Below, piece after piece: positions 1 to 7,025 of a stretch of DNA of 64,000 nucleotides. The position numbers and the translations under genes are program-made. The DNA is taken from assembly GCA_046485075.1 (NCBI GenBank), contig JAWOHR010000067.1:11682-75681 (forward strand). Reading direction: 5' to 3'. Below the pieces are notes generated by a model. The model saw nothing but the letters and a program-made list of their open reading frames with translations. It ran no database searches and was not told the origin of the DNA. This DNA comes from Bacteroidales bacterium. Its GTDB lineage: Bacteria; Bacteroidota; Bacteroidia; Bacteroidales; GCA-2748055. Within the stretch, counting starts at the first letter, position 1. Every line of letters begins with the position of its first letter.

Positions 1-65
1 CGTAGACGATCCCTCCGGCTGACAGAGCCAGCAACACCATGGGAAACCATATATTCCTGAAGGAC

Positions 66-731
66 TTAATCATCGTCACCACCATCCATCATGGACTCTT
101 CCATATCCCCATTGCTGGACCAGTTCCCACTCTCAAAGTAATAGATGATGACCCGGGCCGAATCCCTCAGGTAATCGATACGGCCGATCTCCACCCGGTT
201 AATTTTCAGCCCTGTGCGCAACTCCAGGTCGCGGATCAGTTCGGCCCTGTTTTCCGGCTTGATCAGCTCCACGTTCTCGAAATTGATCACCTTTTTAGTC
301 TCATGTTGAAGGAGGAAGACCTTTTCAAGCAGGTAGGTAATGGTCAGAATGACCAGGTTGGTGAACAGCAGTTCGGCATAACTAACCTTGCTGTTGGCCA
401 GGGCATTGATCACCGAAATTCCGATCACCAGGAAGAGGTAGGTCATCTCCCTGATGCGCATCTGCTGGGTCCGATACCTGATAATTCCGAAAACAGCGAA
501 AAGTCCCAGTGCAAATCCGAGTTCAATTTTTACGTTTTCCAGCAGGAAGACCATGAAAAAAACCACCAGGCTGATCAGGATGTAGGTAAAGAGATAGTCT
601 TTCCGGGGAGTGATCCGGTAATAAAGATACCTGACCAGGATGATTACGATTAAGGTGTTAAAGGAGGTCCGGATGACCAAATCGAGGAAATCCTCCAAGT
701 TAATTATTTCAATATTTAAAAATTCGGGCAT
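66..731 (-). CDS. DUF4956-type membrane protein (usual partner of bacterial VTC-domain proteins)
   Basis: 221-aa ORF with several hydrophobic helices in the N-terminal half and a soluble C-terminal domain. It lies 4 nt downstream of a VTC-like gene on the same strand. The antisense ORF 39..653 has low-complexity, non-protein-like composition. Confidence 0.65.
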   Translation of the reverse strand: MPEFLNIEIINLEDFLDLVIRTSFNTLIVIILVRYLYYRITPRKDYLFTYILISLVVFFMVFLLENVKIELGFALGLFAVFGIIRYRTQQMRIREMTYLFLVIGISVINALANSKVSYAELLFTNLVILTITYLLEKVFLLQHETKKVINFENVELIKPENRAELIRDLELRTGLKINRVEIGRIDYLRDSARVIIYYFESGNWSSNGDMEESMMDGGDDD

Positions 732-735
732 GGGA

Positions 736-1563
736 CTAACTTATTAGGGATTGTATATGTTTATTATTGATTTTACGCACGTAACGAACCTTCTCCTTGA
801 ATAGATTCTGCTTAAGGCCGGGGTTCAGAATGGCCATTCCAATGCAATATTTACTGATGCGGCAGGAATTGATTCCCTTATGATGTAAAGCAGCATGAAA
901 GACCGAACCGGCCAGGTGATCCCCGTACTTGATCTCGGCAATGGCCACCCCGGGAACCTCGATACTCTTCCTTGAAGCGGAACAGGTGAACAGGAGGTTG
1001 TAATCCAGGGTGATCCTCTCTGTCTGTGATTCATTCACCAGGGTAATCCTGTTAAATCTGTTCTCAAGAACCGGAATAATGTTCCTGCAATGAAAGGGTG
1101 TAAATTCGGCAAGGAACTCCTCCTCGGTGCTCTTGATTGCGACCTCACCGTTTCCTGTTTCCATCCGGTTCTTAAGGGTCACACCCTTCCCGTTCTTCCT
1201 TTTCACCTCGAGGAACATATTGTTGGAGGAACCGTACCTGCGAAATCTGATTTTATGCCGGTTGACCAATCCGCGATGGTGCATGTGATACATCGCCAGG
1301 TCGGGTGTATCGTAATAAAAGGTCTGGTAATCCTGGGCCCTTACTTTGGTAATTTCGAGCACCCGGTATTGATCAGAAATTTCCTCAAGCAATGCCGGAA
1401 GCAGTCTCACATCGAAAACATACTTACTGTCCTTTCGTCTCATGAGGCTGGCTTTCTGGACCTCATCCAGGGAGACTCCCCTCATGGTCCACAGGACCGA
1501 CTCTATCTTACTGGCTATACTCATAAACATAAACCTTTTTCTTATAGAGCTTATCCCGTTCAT
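736..1563 (-). CDS. VTC-domain (polyphosphate-polymerase-like / triphosphate-tunnel) protein
   Basis: 275-aa ORF with basic tunnel-like motifs (RHKIRFRRY, FLEVKRKNGKG.TLKNR) typical of CYTH/VTC domains. The true start may be the internal Met at 1530 or 1524, because the first ATG overlaps the upstream gene by 56 nt. Confidence 0.65.
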   Translation of the reverse strand: MNGISSIRKRFMFMSIASKIESVLWTMRGVSLDEVQKASLMRRKDSKYVFDVRLLPALLEEISDQYRVLEITKVRAQDYQTFYYDTPDLAMYHMHHRGLVNRHKIRFRRYGSSNNMFLEVKRKNGKGVTLKNRMETGNGEVAIKSTEEEFLAEFTPFHCRNIIPVLENRFNRITLVNESQTERITLDYNLLFTCSASRKSIEVPGVAIAEIKYGDHLAGSVFHAALHHKGINSCRISKYCIGMAILNPGLKQNLFKEKVRYVRKINNKHIQSLIS

Positions 1564-1927
1564 TGAAAAATTGCTTTTCCACCCTGAGTCCTTCCTTGAA
1601 AATCGACTTTTCGGTCCTGATCACCTTTCCTTTCGGATCCAGAAAAACCTCCTCGGTAAGATTGCGGTCCCCGTCGTAGGCATACTTTTCCCAGCGGGTG
1701 ACTTCACCTCGCCTGTTGATCTCCTTGATCTCGATCACCTCCCCGTCTGCATTGTACTTTTTGATGGACTCAATGAGCGGATCGGCCAACCCCTCCTCAA
1801 TGAAATACTCCTGGATGGTAATGGATGTAATCCCCAGGTCCCTGATCTCTTTCCGGTCCTGTGCCTGCAACAAAACTGTAACGCTAAGCATCATACCTAA
1901 CAACAACATGCTTTTTACGCTTCTCAT
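1508..1927 (-). CDS. Small secreted hypothetical protein
   Basis: 139-aa ORF with a clear N-terminal signal peptide (MRSVKSMLLLGMMLSVTVLLQAQ) and repetitive short beta-hairpin-like segments. It is on the same strand as its neighbours and tightly packed with them. Confidence 0.5.
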   Translation of the reverse strand: MRSVKSMLLLGMMLSVTVLLQAQDRKEIRDLGITSITIQEYFIEEGLADPLIESIKKYNADGEVIEIKEINRRGEVTRWEKYAYDGDRNLTEEVFLDPKGKVIRTEKSIFKEGLRVEKQFFNERDKLYKKKVYVYEYSQ

Positions 1928-1938
1928 ATCAGATGGAT

Positions 1939-2706
1939 TTAAATTGCCTCAACGGTAATCACACCCAGGTCGGTCACCTGGTCGAACGCTGTAAGGGTCG
2001 TTTCGAATTCCAGCACCACATGCTCGGTAACTTTGGTAACATCTTCCGAATAAAGAAAGACCCTGTACTTTCCGGGAATCAGGTTTTTAAATTCAAAATA
2101 TCCGTCATCCTGTGTCCTCACCCTTTCGTCATAGAAAGTGTGATTTCCGTAAGTGATATAAACCTCATGTTCGTGTGCAAAGTCAATATATTCCACAACC
2201 AGGTTGGGCCACTTGGAATCATTGTCATATTTGATCTTCTTCACAACCCCGCTGATCACCGCCGCTCCGTCATCATATTTCAGGGTTGTTTTCTTTACCA
2301 GATTTCCCAGATCCACTTTTTCTCCCCTCTCCATTTCAACCTCGATCATAGGCCATTGTTCATCATCAAGGGTCACCGAATCCTGTGAACTGTAATAGAC
2401 AAGGTATGTCCCGGGATAGAGATAATCAAACCTGAAATCACCCGAAGCGCCCGTATTGACGTCATCTCCTGGCGTTTTGTCGTTTCCGAAGAGAATGAAA
2501 ACCTCCTCGTCCACGGCAGGTGCCGTGAGGATCAACTCACTGTAATCATCATTATAAAACTGCTCCGTAATGGTTCCCGATATGGAGCCGGTACCTCCCA
2601 GTCCTTCACTCTTTTCACAGGAGACTGCCAGGAACCCCATCCATGCAACCAGAACGAAAGCAGGCCATTGTGCTTTGGAAATGGCTCTTTGATTTTTATC
2701 GTACAT
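1939..2706 (-). CDS. Lipoprotein with carboxypeptidase-regulatory-like beta-sandwich repeats (hypothetical)
   Basis: 255-aa ORF with a lipobox-like signal (FLAVSC). It has two segments with the G.YxF..L.PG.Y pattern seen in CarboxypepD_reg-like folds. Confidence 0.55.
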   Translation of the reverse strand: MYDKNQRAISKAQWPAFVLVAWMGFLAVSCEKSEGLGGTGSISGTITEQFYNDDYSELILTAPAVDEEVFILFGNDKTPGDDVNTGASGDFRFDYLYPGTYLVYYSSQDSVTLDDEQWPMIEVEMERGEKVDLGNLVKKTTLKYDDGAAVISGVVKKIKYDNDSKWPNLVVEYIDFAHEHEVYITYGNHTFYDERVRTQDDGYFEFKNLIPGKYRVFLYSEDVTKVTEHVVLEFETTLTAFDQVTDLGVITVEAI

Positions 2707-2888
2707 TAATTTTATGTTAAATATTCAGCCCAAAAATAGCAAAAATACCGGGCCTTGCTCTACCCGTTTATCCACTGTCTAACAAATCATTCATTTATTC
2801 TTAAGAATTCCTTCATCTGGATAACAGTTGCCAGCCGCCACCAGCAGAATGGATTACGAGGGATCGTCACAGAATATACGTAAAACCT

Positions 2889-2902
2889 GTAACAAATGTT
2901 AC
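2889..2902. promoter_or_regulatory. CRP/FNR-family-type palindrome GTAAC-N4-GTTAC upstream of the ferredoxin-nrfHA operon
   Basis: Perfect 5-4-5 inverted repeat GTAACaaatGTTAC, located 66-79 nt upstream of the ATG at 2968. It is immediately followed by an AT-rich TATATTTT box (2906-2913). Confidence 0.45.
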
Positions 2903-2967
2903 CGATATATTTTTTAAAGTTCCTTCATCTTTACATCAGATTCATACAGACTTAATATATTCAGGAT

Positions 2968-3876
2968 ATGATACGGGAAATGGTAAAAATTGACGAGGAG
3001 TTGTGCGACGGATGCGGACAATGCATTCCAAACTGCCATGAAGGTGCCCTGCAGATGATCGACAACAAGGCAAGGCTCGTGAGCGATTTAATGTGCGACG
3101 GGTTGGGAGCCTGCCTGGGCCATTGTCCCCAGGGTGCAATCACCATCGAGAAAAGAGAAGCCGAGCCCTATGATGAAACAAAGGTGATGGCCATCATGGT
3201 GACTAAGGGTGCCAACACGGTGGTGGCCCACCTCACCCACCTGAAGGAACACAATGAAATGGAGTACCTGGGAGAAGGGGTCAGCTATCTCAAAGCGCAT
3301 GAGGATGAACTGGAATTCGAGGTGCGCGAGGTTCTGGGCAGGGTTCACCGTTCAAACTTGGAGGAGCACCAGCTGGGCTGTGGTTGTCCCGGTTCGGAAG
3401 CGCGCAGTTTCGCCCCGCAGTCGGCCCTTGGGCAGCCTGTGGCTATGGCCCCGGTATCCATGGCACCCTCAGCCATGGCCGGCAGCGCTCAGCCATCGGA
3501 ACTCAGGCAGTGGCCTGTACAGATGCACCTGATCAATCCAACTGCCTCCTACTTCCGGCAGACCGATATGGTGCTCGCAGCCGATTGTGTGGCATTCTCC
3601 CTAGGAAATTTCCATTCCAAATGGCTGAAGGGAAAAACCCTGGCCATCGCCTGTCCCAAACTGGATGATGGACAGGATATTTATATTTCTAAGATCAAAT
3701 CATTGATTGATGACGCAAAAATCAATACCTTAACCGTGATGATGATGCAGGTTCCCTGCTGTGGTGGATTACTCCAGATGGTCAAGGCGGCCACCAGCCA
3801 GGCTCAACGAAAAGTGCCCGTGAAAGCAGTCATCGTGGGAGTGGAGGGGGAGATTTTAAAGGAAGATTGGGTGTAA
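2968..3876 (+). CDS. 4Fe-4S dicluster ferredoxin-like protein with Cys-containing C-terminal domain
   Basis: 302-aa ORF. The N-terminus carries two ferredoxin cluster motifs (CDGCGQCIPNC and CDGLGACLGHC). An Ala/Pro/Met-rich linker follows, then a C-terminal domain with conserved-looking Cys residues (ADCVAF, ACPKLD, VPCCGG). It is co-directional with nrfH, 35 nt upstream of it. Confidence 0.75.
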   Translation: MIREMVKIDEELCDGCGQCIPNCHEGALQMIDNKARLVSDLMCDGLGACLGHCPQGAITIEKREAEPYDETKVMAIMVTKGANTVVAHLTHLKEHNEMEYLGEGVSYLKAHEDELEFEVREVLGRVHRSNLEEHQLGCGCPGSEARSFAPQSALGQPVAMAPVSMAPSAMAGSAQPSELRQWPVQMHLINPTASYFRQTDMVLAADCVAFSLGNFHSKWLKGKTLAIACPKLDDGQDIYISKIKSLIDDAKINTLTVMMMQVPCCGGLLQMVKAATSQAQRKVPVKAVIVGVEGEILKEDWV

Positions 3877-3910
3877 ATGATTCTTTAGAAACACATACCA
3901 GGATGAATTC

Positions 3911-4501
3911 ATGACAGGTTTTATTAAAAGGCTGGCTCCTCCTCCTGCTTGGAAAGTTCCTGTTATCATTATTTCTGGTTTGATATGCGGATTACTTTTC
4001 TATCTCTTACATATTTCCAGGGCCGCATCCTACCTCTCTGATGAACCATCCACCTGTATGAACTGTCACATCATGGCTCCACAGTATGCCACCTGGAGCC
4101 ACAGTTCACACCGGGAATATGCAAACTGTAACGATTGCCACGTCCCTCACCAGAACATGGTCATAAAGTACTGGTTTAAAGCCAAGGATGGGATGAGACA
4201 TGCTACAATCTTTACGCTTCGCAGGGAACCCCAGGTTATCATGATCAGGGAGGAGGGCAAGCAGGTGGTTCAGGAAAATTGCATCAGATGCCATTCAAGG
4301 CTTCTCACTGACGATAAAGTATTAACATACGACATTGCCATCCACCATGCAAGAATGGAGAGAACATGCTGGGAGTGTCACAGGGAAACCCCTCACGGCA
4401 GGGTGAATAGTCTGTCAAGTGTTCCCTATGCAAGGGTACCTGTACAGGGAAGTACCATCCCCCCGTGGATGCAACATAGCCCAAAACAGAATAAACATTA
4501 A
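3911..4501 (+). CDS. nrfH: Cytochrome c nitrite reductase small subunit NrfH (tetrahaem, membrane anchored)
   Basis: 196-aa ORF with an N-terminal TM helix and four CXXCH motifs (CMNCH, CNDCH, CIRCH, CWECH). It is immediately upstream of nrfA. Confidence 0.9.
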   Translation: MTGFIKRLAPPPAWKVPVIIISGLICGLLFYLLHISRAASYLSDEPSTCMNCHIMAPQYATWSHSSHREYANCNDCHVPHQNMVIKYWFKAKDGMRHATIFTLRREPQVIMIREEGKQVVQENCIRCHSRLLTDDKVLTYDIAIHHARMERTCWECHRETPHGRVNSLSSVPYARVPVQGSTIPPWMQHSPKQNKH

Positions 4502-4519
4502 CCAATAAGCAAGAAACAG

Positions 4520-6040
4520 ATGAAATCCTTCACCTCAAAGATTCAACAAAAGCCCTGGTTGAGCTGGCTCCTGTTCCTGGCAAGTATCCTCGCTGTTTTT
4601 TTCCTGGGGCTTCTTGCTTCTTCCATCATCGAAAGGCGTTCGGAAGCAGCCTTTGCCTTCATACCCCAGGTAAAATATGGTGATTTTGAACCCAGGAATG
4701 AGCTATGGGGGAAGAATTTTCCCATGGAATACCAGAGTTATAAAAAAACAGCCGACACCACCTTCAGAAGTAAGTACAACGGGTCTGAAACCATTGATAT
4801 GCTGGAGGTAGACCCCAGGCTGGTGATCCTCTGGGCCGGTTATGGTTTCTCAAAAGATTATAAACAAGGGCGGGGTCATTCCTACGCCATTACTGATGTA
4901 AGGAACAGCCTCAGAACCGGGGCTCCCATGGAAGGTGAAAAAAGCCCCATGCCAAATACCTGCTGGGCCTGTAAAAGTCCTGATGTCCCAAGGCTCATGG
5001 AGGAAATAGGGCCAGCCGAATTTTACAGGGGAACATGGGAAGAAAAAGGTCATGAGGTGGTTAACAGCATTGGCTGTGCCGACTGCCATGATGCCTCCAC
5101 CATGGAACTGCAAATTACCAGGCCTGCCCTCAAGGAAGCATTCGAGCGAATGGGCCGGGATCTTGAAAAAGTCTCCCACCAGGAAATGAGGTCTCTGGTC
5201 TGTGCCCAGTGCCACGTGGAATACTACTTCAACAATAAAATCGTCGAAGGTGTACCCTATCTGACCCTTCCCTGGGACAATGGATTCTCCGCAGAGGACA
5301 TGGAGGAGTACTATGATGAAATGGAATTTTCGGACTGGACGCATAAACTGAGCAAGGCGCCCATGCTCAAAGCTCAGCATCCGGGGTATGAAATCTATGC
5401 CACCGGGGTACATGCTGCCAGGGGTGTGTCCTGTGCCGATTGCCATATGCCCTTTATGAGTGAAGGGGGTCAGAAATACACAGATCACCATGTACAGAGT
5501 CCTCTGAATAATGTTACCAACTCCTGCCAGGTCTGCCACCGGGAGGAAACTCATCAGCTGATCAGTGACGTCTTTGAGCGCCAGGACCGGATTATTGAAA
5601 ATCGTGATGCCCTGGAAGAACTCCTTGTCAGAAGTCATGTCGAAGCGAAGCTGGCCTGGGACCTGGGTGCCAGTGAAGATCAGATGGCTTTGATTCTTCA
5701 GGATATCAGGCATGCCCAGTGGAGATGGGATTATGCAGCAGCCAGTCACGGTGGCTCTTTCCACTCACCAGTTGAGACATCCAGGGTAATTGCAACAGGT
5801 ATTCAAACAGCCCAGGAAAGTCGTATTAAGCTAAGCCGTTTGCTTTTTAAGCTGGGATACACGACTGAAGTACCCTACCCGGACATTTCCACCAAGGCCA
5901 GGGCACAGACCTACATTGGCTTAGATGCCGGGGTTTTGGAGACTGAGAAAGCAGCCTTCCTAAGGAGTGTAATTCCCGGCTGGGATGAAAAGGCTGCAGA
6001 AAGAGAGGCCAGATATCCGGTTAAATCCATCTTTGAATAG
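4520..6040 (+). CDS. nrfA: Ammonia-forming cytochrome c nitrite reductase catalytic subunit NrfA (pentahaem)
   Basis: 506-aa ORF with an N-terminal signal/anchor. It has the diagnostic active-site CXXCK motif (CWACK) plus four CXXCH motifs (CADCH, CAQCH, CADCH, CQVCH). Confidence 0.93.
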   Translation: MKSFTSKIQQKPWLSWLLFLASILAVFFLGLLASSIIERRSEAAFAFIPQVKYGDFEPRNELWGKNFPMEYQSYKKTADTTFRSKYNGSETIDMLEVDPRLVILWAGYGFSKDYKQGRGHSYAITDVRNSLRTGAPMEGEKSPMPNTCWACKSPDVPRLMEEIGPAEFYRGTWEEKGHEVVNSIGCADCHDASTMELQITRPALKEAFERMGRDLEKVSHQEMRSLVCAQCHVEYYFNNKIVEGVPYLTLPWDNGFSAEDMEEYYDEMEFSDWTHKLSKAPMLKAQHPGYEIYATGVHAARGVSCADCHMPFMSEGGQKYTDHHVQSPLNNVTNSCQVCHREETHQLISDVFERQDRIIENRDALEELLVRSHVEAKLAWDLGASEDQMALILQDIRHAQWRWDYAAASHGGSFHSPVETSRVIATGIQTAQESRIKLSRLLFKLGYTTEVPYPDISTKARAQTYIGLDAGVLETEKAAFLRSVIPGWDEKAAEREARYPVKSIFE

Positions 6041-6109
6041 CTGCTATTGAATAGCTGTGATTAAATGAAAATATTTCGCTATTTTTAGGTAAGATCATAG
6101 CCGGATTCC

Positions 6110-7021
6110 ATGAGCCCCATCACAGATTTCCTTCAAACAAACCTCGGAATCAGTCCGGAGAACCAGACTAAGATTTTGTATTCGGCCCTTATTCTTCTGT
6201 TTCTGGCCTCAATCCGGTATGCCATCCTGAAGATTGTCTGGAGGTTCACAGAGGACCCCAAACTCAGGTATAAATGGAAGAGGTCCATGTCCTTTACCAT
6301 CGGGTTGCTGACGATTATCCTGATCGGCAGTGTCTGGATCAAGGCCATTGGCCAGTTTGGAGCTTTTCTTGGGTTGTTCACAGCCGGCCTGGCCATTGCA
6401 CTGAAGGACCCCCTTACCAACATTGCAGGCTGGCTTTTCATCCTTGCCCGCAAACCCTTTAACCTGGGCGACCGGGTCCAGATAGGCCAGCATGCAGGTG
6501 ATGTGATCGATCTTCGTCTCTTCCAGTTTACACTACTGGAAATCGGTAACTGGGTAGATTCAGATCAGAGCACCGGGAGGATCATACACATCCCAAACGG
6601 AGTCGTCTTTAACCAGGCACAATCGAACTACAGCGCGGGATTTAAGTTCATCTGGAACGAAATTGGCGTACTGGTAACCTTCGAGAGCGACTGGACCAGG
6701 GCCAAGGACCTGCTTCAGAAAATTGTGAACGAACATGCCAGGGAGCTGTCGACCGATGCCGAGAGAAAGATCATCGAAGCCAGTAAAAAGTACATGATTT
6801 TTTACCAGTACCTTACGCCCATCGTTTATACTTCGGTGAAGGAAAGTGGCATCATGCTAACCATGCGTTATATCTGTGACCCGCGAAAACGGAGGGTAAC
6901 CGAACACCATATCTGGGAAGATGTTCTCACTGCATTCGCAACCATCGACGATATTGAATTCGCCTATCCCACGCAGCGCTTCTATGACCGTAAGGTGGAA
7001 AAAGGTGATTCTCCCCTGTAA
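6110..7021 (+). CDS. Mechanosensitive ion channel family protein (MscS-like)
   Basis: 303-aa ORF with three N-terminal TM helices, followed by the MscS beta-domain signature (PFNLGDRVQIGQHAGDVIDLRLFQFTLLE). Confidence 0.8.
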   Translation: MSPITDFLQTNLGISPENQTKILYSALILLFLASIRYAILKIVWRFTEDPKLRYKWKRSMSFTIGLLTIILIGSVWIKAIGQFGAFLGLFTAGLAIALKDPLTNIAGWLFILARKPFNLGDRVQIGQHAGDVIDLRLFQFTLLEIGNWVDSDQSTGRIIHIPNGVVFNQAQSNYSAGFKFIWNEIGVLVTFESDWTRAKDLLQKIVNEHARELSTDAERKIIEASKKYMIFYQYLTPIVYTSVKESGIMLTMRYICDPRKRRVTEHHIWEDVLTAFATIDDIEFAYPTQRFYDRKVEKGDSPL

Positions 7022-7025
7022 ATGC

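Noticed and set aside
1-40. Possible start of a further minus-strand gene (ATG at 40-38; MVLLALSAGGIVY...)
   Set aside because: Only 13 codons are visible and another out-of-frame ATG lies at 50-48. This is too little sequence to call a feature. It is mentioned only as context for the VTC/DUF4956 cluster.
39-653. 204-aa plus-strand ORF. Similar long antisense ORFs occur at 4850-5764, 9743-10507, 21528-22262, 26194-27351, 40830-41663 and 49945-50757.
   Set aside because: Each lies antisense to, or out of frame within, a gene with strong family motifs (DUF4956, NrfA, GH51, GH115, Gfo/Idh/MocA, SusC/SusD, GH94-like). Their translations are low-complexity, rich in Gly/Pro/His/Arg, and lack recognisable motifs or signal peptides. 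They are typical shadow ORFs in roughly 50% GC DNA.
6034-6058. Direct repeat TTGAATAGCTG x2 spanning the nrfA stop codon, considered as a terminator or repeat
   Set aside because: It forms only a 4-bp stem (TAGC/GCTA) with no T-tract, so it is too weak to call a terminator or a regulatory repeat.
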